From NCBI GenBank assembly GCA_977017575.1, contig CDRNVI010000201.1, positions 1-64,000 of the forward strand: a stretch of DNA of 64,000 nt. The letters run 5' to 3'. How positions within the stretch are numbered: the stretch's first letter is position 1; each line of letters begins with the position of its first letter. The notes under the pieces are model-generated. The model did no database searches, was not told the origin of the DNA, and worked only from the letters and a program-made list of their open reading frames with translations. Shown here one piece after another: positions 33,889 through 45,268 of the stretch. The DNA is from Paramoeba atlantica (Eukaryota; Protista; Discosea). Position numbers and translations under genes: made by a program.

Positions 33889-36800
33889 TCACTTCCCTCC
33901 TCCTTTCTTTTTTGGAAGAGAATTCGAATGAGATTTGAGAAAAAAACGAGGAGATGGAGCTTTTGAGTTTCGGGGAGATTTTGGAGCTGTCTTTGGAGAG
34001 AGTGATTTTGATGCCTGTACTCGAGGAGAGGGGATGATTGAGAATGGTGAGAATGATGACGAAGGAGATGGAGATGGAGATGGAGATGGAGATGGAGATG
34101 GAGATGGTGATGGTGATGGTGATGGAGATGGTGATGGAGATGGCGATGGAGATGGTGATGTCGATGGCGAGAAAGATGAGGAAGTTGAAGATGGTAAAAT
34201 TGAAGATAAAGAAGAGGGGGAGGGGGAGGGAGAGAGGAAAATTGGAGTACGATTTGTTGGAGATGAGTAGGAGAGGTGTGACGGAGTAGGGTGATGAGAA
34301 GAGGAGAGAAGAGAAGGAGGAAGTGAAGAAGAGAGGGAACAGAGAAGAGGAGAAGAAGAAATATTTGATTTTCCCCAAAAAATGTTTCTCATATCTGTTG
34401 AAATGACAGACAGCGCCTCATCATCTTCTCCAATAGTGTGAATATTAATAATTTTTGAAGGAGAAGAAGAAGAAGAAGAAGGAAAAGAAGCGAATGAAGA
34501 AATATTTTTTGAGTGATCAAGGAGAGAATCAATTTTTAATGCTCGTTTTTTGATATCAATTCCAAATCCAAAACCACTATTTGTTCCACACCAAACCTAA
34601 TCAGAAAAGTGAGAGAGGGAGAGTGAGAAGGGGTTTTCTTTCAAAAAAAGGGAGAAAAAAAGAGTAAAAAGAAAGAGAAAAAAGAAGTACCATTTCATGT
34701 CCAAGAGAAAGAGAAGTTATATCAAATGTACCAGAGGGGAGATTTACATTCCATCTGGCGTAATCGTCACACACTTCTATACATTTTAAAAGGCTAGCAA
34801 AGGAAAGAGAGAAAAAGAGAAATTTCTCAGTTTATTTATTATTGATTCTTTTTTCAGAATATTAATAATATTCTTTTTCTTTCTTTCTCTCTTTTCTTTT
34901 CTTTCTTTCTCTTTTCTTAAAAGGATAATAATAATAAAAAGAAGAATAAAAACCTATTTCCCTCTTCAAATTGAGAATCACTCTCATCAAACTCATCATC
35001 AGACTCTTCAAAAACACCAATCATAATACAATAAACCATCTCTCTCTTTTTCACATCCCAAATCTCAATCTTTGGATCATCAAAAGTTTTGTCTACAACC
35101 CATACCTCTCTCTCTCTCAAATCTTTCTCTTCTTTCTCTTCTACTTCCTCTTCTTCTTTCTCTTCTTCTTTCTCTTCTTCTTTCTTTTCTTCTTCCGCTT
35201 CTTCTTCCTCTTCCTCTTCCTTCTCTTTCTCTTTTTTTTTCTCTTCAACTTCTTCCTCTCCTACTTCCTCTCCTACTTCCTCTTTTTCTTTCCCCCCTCT
35301 CCTCTCCTCCTCTCTCCCCTCTCCCACTTCTTCTCTCCCTTCCCTCTCAACAACAACTGCAAATCTCCCCAATTCTCCTCTCTCTTCTCCTCTTTCCTTT
35401 CTCAAAACATGGGAGATGGAGAGTGAAGATAAATGGAGAACAAATATATATTTTTTGATGAGAATCCAACATTCTGAGCTTGAAACTTGCATTATTGGAC
35501 CCCAATCTCCACTTTTTATCTCTTTTTCCTTGAGGAAATGAAATATTAGAAAAGAGAAAGAAGAAATGAAAGAGAGAAAGAGAGGGAGAAAATATTTCAT
35601 TGAAGAAATAAGAAAAGAGAAAAGAGAGGAGAGAGAAAAGAGAGAAAAAACGAAACTAGACTCAAAGGGATCTCTTGTTCTTTCAAACAAACAAGAGTTT
35701 GTTCTTCAGAAAGAGAAAGAGTTCTCTGATCTTGGTCCATTTCCCAAACACAAAAATAAGAATTTGAATCTAAACTCCAAATCTCTCCTTTTTCAAGACG
35801 AATAAAATAATTCATTGTAGAAGAGGGAGAGAGAGAAGGAAAAGAAGAAGAAGAAGAAGAAGAAGAAGAAGAAGAGAGAGAACTACTTCCTTTCTCTCTC
35901 TCACCCCCTCCTTTCTTTTCTTTCTTCCTCTCAAGAAACTCAAAATACGAATCAAATTCGCCAATTTTTTGTATTTCTTGATTTTCGATATTTGAAAAAC
36001 AGTCAAGACAATAATTAAGTATAGAAACCCACCTATTTTTCTCTCTTTCTGTCTCGAATTTCACTAAGATTTCTCCTTTTCCTTGATAAAGAAGTGTGAG
36101 AGGAAGAGAAAGAAAAAAGAAAAGAAAAAGAAAAGAGAAAGAGAAAGAGAAAGAGAAAGAGAAAGAGAAAGAGAAAGAGAAAAATAAAAAATAAAAAAAT
36201 AAAAAAAACCTTTGACAGAAAGAAGAATTCTCTTCTTCAACAAAACAGAAACACTTTCAATCTCAGAAACAAGGATTTGTTTTCTTCCATAAAAAAGAGT
36301 TTTGTTCACAAGTTCCATTTTTTGGAGCAAAGAAGATTTTTTTTTTATTGTTAAAACCACTTTTGAATTGTATGTTAATTCTTGTAGGGTTCTTGTCCTC
36401 GGTCTTAGAATCCATGCCTGTTTTGTTTTGTTTTGTTTTGTTTTGTTTTTAATGAATTTGATTATTTAAACTTTATTTTATTTTGTTTTCTTGGATTTAT
36501 TTTAATTTATTTTAATGAATTAATTTTTCTTTATTATATTTTGTAAAAAATAAATATTCTTCATTTTATTCCTTTAAATTAAATTAAAAATAATAATAAT
36601 AATTTAAAAAACCTGAACTAAACCAGAAGCAGTAACACTCCAAACACAACAACCTCCAAGTTCCCCCCAAGGCAACATATCCCCTTCAACAAGACAAACA
36701 ATCTCTTCTTCTCTTTCCCCCTCCTCTCTCTCCCTCTCTCCCCCTCCTCTCTCTCCTCCTCTCTCTCCTCTCTCTCCTTTCTCTCCTTTCTCTCTCCCTC

Positions 36801-39800
36801 TCTCTCTCTTTCCCGGAGACCAAAAAGAATTTGCCCAATAAAAATTAATTTTCTTTCCATCTTCAAAATGAATCATTCCAATTTTCCCTTTTTTTGTACC
36901 AAACCAAATCGTATTTGTTTTCTGAATAAATAAACTTGTGCTGATATTTTCGTTTTTTTCTGCAAAGAAGTGGGAGAGAGAGAGAGAGAAAGGAAAAAGA
37001 GATGGAGAGGGAGCATAGACAGAAGGAGAAGAATCTTTCTCCCTCTCTTCTTCCTTTCTCTCCCCTCCCTCTTCAAAAGAAGAAAGAGAAGAAAGAGAAG
37101 GAAAAGAAATATTTTTTTGGGTTTGTTTGTCGATAAAAAAGGGGTGTTCGAGAGCTTTTGAGGCGCTTATTCCTTTCTTTTTTATCAGTTCGGAAACAAA
37201 ATCTTGTGCTTCTTTTGAAACACTGTTCCAAATTGGATCCTGTGAGAGAATTAAATTAATTAAATCATTCAATTAAAATTATATCATTGTTAAAATTTTA
37301 TTTTTAAAAAATAAAAAATCAATAATAATTATCCATCAAATAAAAAATAAATTAAAAATAAAAGTATTTGAATCATTTCAAATAAAAGAGGAAAAAAAAA
37401 ACAAACATCAAAAAGAACTGAAAAAGGATCATTTGAAGGACAAAAAGGGCGAACTCCGGATAACAACATAAATAAAATCATTCCCATTGACCACATATCA
37501 TTCTTTTTACAAAAGAGAATTAGAAAAGAAAGACATAAAGAAAAATCAAATATGAGAAAGATGGAGAGAGAGAGAAAGGAAAGACCATTCCCAAAAAAAT
37601 GGAGAAAAAAAAGAAAAAAATTCAAAAAAAACCAAAAAAAAACCAAAAAAAAAACAAAAAAAAAACAAAACAAAACAAAACAAAACCTGAGGAGAATCAC
37701 TCGAAAAAGAAGGAGGATCAATATCACAAAAAAAGAAAGAATCCGAAACTTGACTTCGATCAATATATTGCCAACAAATTGCGTCCAATAAAACTACATC
37801 CCAGACTGGAGAATTTTTTGTTTTTTGTACAACGTTTCCTTGTGAAATGAAAAAGGGAAATTTGTTAATTTGAGACGAATATAAAAAGAAATCAAAAAAA
37901 AGAACAAAAAAAAGAACAAAAAAGAATAAATAAAAGAATAAATAAATAAATAAAAAAAAAAAGAAAAAATAATACAAATCACAACCAAAAAAAAATCAAT
38001 ACCCAAATCCAACTGCCCATGGATCATATTTTTGGAGTGTAGAAAATCCAAAGTTTGACAAATTCGCAGTAAAATAAATCGAACTTCTCTTTCTGATAAT
38101 CCTCGATTTACAAAAACTGTGAGAGGTTCTCCTGTTATTTCCTGTTTTTATTTTGGTTCAGAGACAAGAGAGAAAGAGAAAGAGAGAGAGAAAGAGAAAG
38201 AGAAAGAGAAAGAGAAGAGAAAGAGAAAGAGAAAGGAGAAAAAGAAAAGAGAAAAAAAAAGAGGAGAAAAAAGATACTTCAGAGACAAAATCAAAAGTAG
38301 ATTCAGATTCAAAAACATCCAAAATTGGCCACAATCCTTCATGTCTTAACATTTGTTGATTTGAAACCTCAAATTGGAAAAGAAAATTTGAATTTTTGGA
38401 TAAACAAAAAAACTGATTTAAATGATAGAGAAAGGGAACAATTTCAAACAAGGAAATTAAAAACAAAAATTAAAAAAACCAAAAAAAAAAATCAAAAAAA
38501 AAATCAAAAAAAAATCAAAAAAAAATCAAAAAAAAATCAAAAAAAAATCAAAAAAAAATCAAAAAAAAATCAAAAAAAAATCAAAAAAAAACAAAAAAAA
38601 AACCTCCTCCTCAAGCTTGACCCTCCCATGAGAAGAAAAAAGAGTCTTCTTAATTCTCATAACAATAAAATCTTTTTTCGATTCTTTGTGCGCCCATTTT
38701 GATTCGGTTCCCAGTGTTGTTGTTCTTTGAGTTTTTTCAATTTCGTAATATTCTTTTGTGAATGTTGTTTTTAATTTTGGCTGATTTTATTTTTGGTTTT
38801 TTGGTTTTTTGGTTTTTTGGTTTTTTGGTTTTGGAATTTAGGGAAGGAAAAGAGGGGAAGTGAGAAAGAAAGAGAAAGGAAGTGAGAAAGTGAGAAAGTG
38901 AGAAAAAGAAAAGAAAAGAAAAGAGAAAGAAAAGAAAGAAAGAAAAGAAAGAAAGAAAAAGAGACAAAACTGTATGTTTAATAACTTGAAAAAGAGTAGA
39001 AGAAACAGGCTCAAGACGTTTTAACCAATTATGTTCCAAAGCTTCTCGAATGGACAATCTCTTTTTTGGTTCAAATTGTAAGAGAGAATTGACAAATCTT
39101 TTTGCTTCTGGTGTTACTTTTCTCCAATCTTCGTCCTTAAAAGAAAATGTTTTATTTATTTTATTTTATTTATTTTATTTTATTTTTTTATTTTAATTTT
39201 AAGGAAAAAAAGGGAAAAGGGAAAAGGGAAAAGGAAAAGGAAAAGAAAAAGAATCTTCTTTCCTTTCTCCCTTATCTTTTCAGATATTTTCTCTCTCCAT
39301 CCTTTCTTCCTCTCCTTCTTTTCTTTCTTTTCTCCCTCTCTTTTCTTTCTTCTTTCCAAACAAACCTTAAAAACAAGATTAGGGCCACTCGTAATCATTT
39401 TAATCTTTTGTCCAATCGGCAGATTTTGGAGATGGTAAAAGGGTGTCTTTGTTGTTAATAAAAAATATGCGATTGCTCCAATCGCCCACATGTCTCCCTG
39501 AAAAGAGAGAAAGAAGAGAGAGATCAAAGAAGATGACAGAAGAGAGAAGAGAAGAGAGAGAGAGAGAGAGAGAGAAAAGAGAGGGGGAAAAAGAGAGAAA
39601 AGAAAGAAAAGTGAGAAAAAAAAGAGAAGAAGAGAAAGAAGAGAACAGAGAAGAAAGAGAGAGAGAGAAAGAGAGAGAGAGAAAGAGAGAAAGAGAAGAG
39701 GGAAAAAAAAACTTTCAAATCATAAATTTCATCACTCAATATTTCAGGAGCAGTAAAACTGCAATCATAATTTGTTATTTTTTCGTTTATAATTAATTGT

Positions 39801-41111
39801 TCAATTCCATATTCGTCGATCCAGACGGTTGGTGACGCCCAGTCGAGATATATGTTTTCTTTTTTTTGGGGGATGAGAGGGATGGAGAAGAGGAGAATGA
39901 AGAGGGAGAAAGGGAGAAGGGAAAGAGAGAGAGATAATAAAGAAGAAAGAAAGAAGAAAGAAGAAGAAAGAAAGAAGAAGAAAGAAAGAAGAAGAAGAAA
40001 GAAAGAAGAAGAAAGAAAAAGAAACAGAAAAAGAAAACAGAAAAAGAAAACAGAAAAGATAAAGAAAAGAAAAAGAAAAATAGTCAAACCTGGAGAAAGA
40101 TTCGAATGAGAAATGCCAAAAGAATGCAATTTATGAATAGAATAACAAATCGTTCGAATCAATTCTCGAATTTCATTTTCTCTTTCTAATAATCTTTCTT
40201 CTAATCTTACTCCGCTTGTACACTATTGAAAATATTATTAAAAATATTATTATTTTATTGTTTTCAAATTACTTTCTCTTTCAATTTCATTTCTTTTCTC
40301 TTTCTAATAACCTTTCTTCTAATCTTACTCCACTTGTACACTCTTAAAAAAAGACTTATCTTATGCAACTTATCACAACTGCAAATTTCTTCATCATTTC
40401 CTTTTCTTTTCTTCTTTTTCTCTCATTCCTCAAATCATTTCACTTCCAACAAACAAAATCAAAATATTGTTTTAAAATTCATAAAATTCTTCAACTCAAA
40501 AATAAATTAATCTCAAAAAAAATTCTCAAAAAATGAATTAAATATTTTGAAAAAAAATTGTCTTCACCTTTTTCAGAATTGAAATTGAATTTTCTGAATC
40601 AACAATATCAAGAATTGGAACAAGATGTTTGTCGTGAATCTTTTGCAATTCTTCTAATTTTCTCTTTCATTTGAAAAAAAAGAAAAAAAAGAAAAAAAAG
40701 TTAAAGAAAGAAAAGGAAAAAGGAAAAGAAAGAAAAAAATGAGAAAGAGAAAAGAAAAGAAACCAAATAATTTTTCTCTCGGAATTGAGTTTTCTTAATT
40801 GATTTCAAACAACAAGTTTGATCTTTTCAATTGTTATTAGAAAATGAAAGAAAAAAGAAAAGAGAAAAGAGAAAGAAAAAGAGAAAAAGAGAATAAAAAT
40901 ATTTTGAAAAACTCTTTTTATTCAAAGAAAAGAAAGAGAGAAGAAAAGAAAAAGAAAAAAGAGAAAAAACTTGTCGATAATTGGATGAAAAGAGAGTCTT
41001 TGTTGGAGTAAAGTTTTCGAAATTTCTGTCATCTTGAATCAGAAAAGAAAAAAGAAAAAGAAAAAGAAAAAAACGCAAAACCTGAACAGTCAAAATCTCT
41101 TTTCTTTCCAT
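33889..41111 (-). CDS. Large multi-exon protein: two degenerate CaMK-like kinase domains, beta-propeller-like and PH-like region, Ser/Pro-rich tail
   Basis: Domain 1: CLKSI, HSNLSPEN, EYG, APE, DMWAIG, KRLSIREALEHNW. Domain 2: IVMRI, HEGLWPILDVFE, HGQLDLGN, DMWSMGMILFMLLSG..PF, SASKALEHPF. PH-like end FETEREKNRWVSIL. Single-gene status is inferred. Confidence 0.7.
34060..34160 (-). repeat. Hexamer tandem repeat (GATGG[A/T] on the + strand) encoding (SP)n in the pseudokinase tail
   Basis: Direct reading; lies in ORF 33889..34392 on the minus strand. Confidence 0.85.
38480..38590. repeat. (A6-8TC)n tandem repeat in a pseudokinase intron
   Basis: Direct reading of repeated aaaaaaatc units. Confidence 0.85.
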
Positions 41112-41315
41112 CTCCAAAAATAGAGAAGACAGAAAAGAGACAGAAGAGAGGCGTGAGGAAAGAGAGAGAGAGAGAGAGAAGAGAGAAGAGAAGAGAGAAG
41201 AGAGGAAAGAAAAAAAGAAATTACAAAAAAAAAACAGAAAAAGAGTTTCAGTGCAAAAAACACACAAAAATAAATTCAGTGACCAAACAATACCAAAAAA
41301 CACACAAAATAAAAT

Positions 41316-41339
41316 ATGACGTGTAATAATGACGTGGCA
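41316..41339. promoter_or_regulatory. Tandem ATGACGTG (CRE/bZIP-like) motifs in a divergent promoter
   Basis: ATGACGTG at 41316 and ATGACGTGGCA at 41329, between head-to-head starts at 41111(-) and 41436(+). Confidence 0.3.
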
Positions 41340-41435
41340 CTTTTTTTCCATTCCATTTTCACTTTGACTTTTTCACCGTTTTCTCTTGTCTGCTCTTCTC
41401 TCTCTTTGTTTGTCTGGGTTTCTTTTGGATTTCTG

Positions 41436-42802
41436 ATGATTTTGGAAATTCCCTTTCTTCCGGAAGAGACTCTTTTCTGGTTTGAAAAACAAAAATTTAA
41501 AGGGGAGAGAAAAAAAAAAGAAATCAAAAGTTTAAACTTTAAAAGTAACAGAAATAACCTTTTTTAAAATTCGGTTCATCGGCAGATCATTTTTTTTGAA
41601 GAATTCTATTTTTTTAAAATGAAGAATAATAATTAATAATTAATAATTAATAATCATTTTAAATCACTAATCCGCATTCATAAAAGGAATGAAATTGACA
41701 TAAAGAAAAAATGTTCAGCAAAAGCATGGCAAAAGATCTCTTCTTTACCGTCATCTCCTTATCACATGGAAATTCAATAGTTTCTCTTTTTTTCTTTTTT
41801 CTTTTTCTTTTTTCTTTTTTCTAACTTTTTGAATTTATTTTTTAGCCATTCAATTCAATCCTTCGCTCCTGATCTTGTTGGTATTATTCTCTTTTCCTTT
41901 TCTTTTCTTCTCTCCTTTATTCTTTTTTTTGAAATTAATTTTTTTTTCTTTTGAAAAGGATGGTTCAGAAAAAGTGTAAAAGAAGATCGAACTGGCGCAG
42001 ATCATTTTCGAATTGTTAATCCAATTTGGATACTAGCGACAGCAAAAACCGAACATGTTCTCTTTTTTTCTTTCTTTTTAAAATTATTTTTTTTTTCGAT
42101 TTTTTTATTCATTTTTTTTTTAAAAAAAAGGAAATAATTCGAAACTTTATCGATCTTTTAGAAGACCCACCACCTCTTACAAATGATATTAAAGAAGTGT
42201 CACGCCACTTATCAAACATAAGACAAAAAAATCTCGAAAGTGGTTTTATTTTTCTTTCTGCACCAGTTCCTTCTGTTTCAACTCCCTCTTTTCCTCCTCA
42301 TTCTTCTTCTTCTTCTTCTTCTTTCTCTTCTTCTCCGTCTTCTTCTCATCCTGCTAATATTTTAACTTGTTCTGCTGATCCTGTGTATAATCCTCCTTCT
42401 CCTCCCACTGTCTCTTTTCACTCTCTCCCTCGAGATAAAGAAGAAGAAAATGTGCCCCCCTCTTCCCCCCTCGCTTCTCTTCTTCTTCTCGAATCTCCTC
42501 CACATTCTCCTCTTTCTCCTCTTTCTCCTCCCTCTTCTTCTTCTTCTTCTCTCTCTCCTTGTTCTTCGATCTCTCCTCCCTCCTCCTCCTCCTCTTCTTC
42601 CTCTCTTGCCTCCCCTTCTTTCACATCGTACCAATTACCTCCACCCTCTTCATTAACACATCGCCCTCTCACTCCAACCCAAAAGGAAGAAGAGATGGAG
42701 CAATTTACCAAAAAAATACAAGAGGAAGAGAAAGAGAGAGAGGAGATAAGAAGAGAGAATGAAGTGATGAGAATGGAGAAGACAGAGAAAGAGATGGAGT
42801 GA
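41436..42802 (+). CDS. Paralog of the 24493-26394 gene: same N-terminal domain, Ser/Pro linker and coiled-coil end, no RING
   Basis: MILEIPFLPEETLFW|NEIDIKKKC..; GWFRKSVKED..PIWILATAKTEH|EIIRNFIDLLEDPPPLTND..NLESG. Confidence 0.75.
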
Positions 42803-43159
42803 ACCAAGAGAAGTCATATTTTATCTATTTTTTTGTCTTTCGTCTGGTTGTGAGATTGTTTTTCTAATTTTGAAGAGAAAAAAGTTGAGAAAGGAAGAAA
42901 GAAAAAAGAGTATATTCCAAGGACATAGGATGGCCATTTGGAGTTGTGATCATTTTCTTTTACTCAAAAAAACCTTTCTCGATCTCCAATAAAACAGCCA
43001 CTTTTCTTCTCAACAATAATTTCTGAAGTTTGGCAAAGGACTTTTGGAATACAAAATTTAGGTTTCTTTTTTTAGAGAATTTTGCTAAAAAAAAGGAAAG
43101 AAAAGAGAAAGAAAAGAGGAAAGAAAAGAAAGAGAAGAGAAGAGAAACAGAAAGAAAGA

Positions 43160-45237
43160 ATGGACATGGACATGGGAGGAGAGAAAAGAAAACTGAGTGC
43201 CGAGGAAGAGAAGATCGCCAGAGATTTTCCAAGTATTATTTGTCAGATTGAAGATCGTGCGTTTCGATTACATGAATTTGAAAGGATGTTTGATGGGAGG
43301 TTGTTGTGTTCTGATAACCCTCATTCTCGAGAGTTGTTGTCCATTTGGATTTCGAAGTATTGTTTTTTCTTTTTCTTTTTCTTTTTTTTTTTGTTGTTTT
43401 TTGTTTTTTGTTTTTTGTTTTTTGTTTTTTGTTTTTTGTTTGATGGGAGGTTGTTGTGTTCTGATAACCCTCATTCTCGAGAGTTGTTGTCCATTTGGAT
43501 TTCGAAGTATTGTTTTTTCTTTTTTCTTTTTCTTTTTTTTTTTGTTTTTTCTTTTTGTTTTTTTTTTTTGTTGTTTTTTTGTTTTTTGTTTTTTGTTTTT
43601 TGTTTTTTGTTTTTTGTTTTTTGTTTTTTGTTTTTTCTTTTTTCTTTTTTCTTTTTTGTTTTTTTAGTTTTCGATATGTATTCAAAGAAATAATGGCCAT
43701 TGAAAAAAAGAATTTAAATCGGTTGAGAAAGAAGTTCGAATAAAGTTGAATAAATTTGAATAAAATCGAATAAAATCGAATAAATTTGAATAAAATCAAT
43801 AAAATCAAATAAATTCGAATAAATTCAAATAAAATCGAATAAAATCGAATTTGAAAGACCTTTCTTTCAAATGTCATCATCTTGGAAGAGAAGAAGAGAG
43901 AAGGAGAAGAGAGAAGGAGAAGAGAGAAGGAGAAGAGAGAAGGAGAAGAAGAAGAAGAAAAATAATAATTCAATATTCATTTTCACAAACTCGACTTTCT
44001 TGGAAATATTTTTCTCTCTTTTCTTCTTTCTCTCCTTTCCTTTTCTTTTTCCTTTTCCTTTTTTTCATTCTTTTTCTTTTTCTTTTTCTTTCTTTTGTAT
44101 TACTCTTTTGATAAGGAAACATGCAGAATTCATACTGTTGCCTCTCAAGATGCTGGAGCCAAAAAACAAAATGATGTTTTCTTTTCTTTTTCTTTCTTTT
44201 TCTTTTTCTTTTTTCTTTTTCTTTTTCTCTCTTTTTGTTTCTCTTCTCTCAACAATCTTTCTTTTCGTTTTTTTAGTTTATTGAAGAGATGGTTGATTGT
44301 GGGTTGGTTGAAAAACTGTTAATTCCTTGTATGGATAGTACAATCCCACTCATTGCTTCTCGTACTCTCGATATTTTACAAGGTATAATTGAAAAAGAAA
44401 AAGAAAAAAGAAAAAGAAAAAAGAAAGAAGAAAGAAGAAAAAGAAAAGAAAGAAGAAAGAAGGAAAAGAAAGAAGGAAAAGAAAAAGAAAGAGAATAGAA
44501 AGGAGAGCGAAAATTTTTAAATAAAGAGAAGAAAAGTAAAAGGATAAAAAGAAAGACGAGAGAGTTGTTTTTGAATCTTTTTTTTTCTTTTTCTCCTTCT
44601 CTTTTTTCTCCTCTTCTCTTCTCCTCTTCTTTTCTTCTCCTCTCCTCTCCTCTCCTCTCCTCTCCTCTCTTTCTTCTCCTCTCTTCTCCTCTCTTTCTTC
44701 TCTTCTCTTCTCTTCTCTTCTCCTCTCTTCTCCTCTCCTCTCCTCTCTTTTCTCCTCCTCTCTCTTCTCCTCTCTTTCTTCTTCTATTCTCTTCTCTTCT
44801 CTTCTCTTCTCCTCTCTTCTCTAATCCAAAACACAGCAATCTGTCCATGCAAAGATGTAGGAGTTCGATTAATTTCTTGTCGTAATCACTGGCTTTTTTC
44901 CCTTCTTGATATCTTGGAAAATGGTTTAATTTCTGAGAAGTTTTATGGAAGGTTCTTTCTTTCTTTCTCTTTTTTCTTTTTCTTTCTTTCTCTCTTTCTC
45001 TCTCTCTCTTCCTTTTTCTTTCTTTCTCTTTTTTCTTTCTTCTTTCTTTCTATTCCTTTCTTCTTGTTCTTTATCTCTTTTCTCTTTCTCTTTCTTTCCT
45101 GTTTTTCTCCTCTCACTTTCTCTAATACAAAATGATAAAATAGTAATTTTCTGTGCACATTATTCTGTCCTTTTCCTGGGATTGTTCCATCTTTCTTTGA
45201 TTCTCAATTAATTTTTCAACTTATTCAGGTTTTTTTG

Positions 45238-45268
<31 letters not shown>

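Noticed and set aside
33935-34270. (DG)n ORF resembling a Ca-binding repeat protein
   Set aside because: It is the antisense reading of the (SP)n tail of the minus-strand pseudokinase gene.
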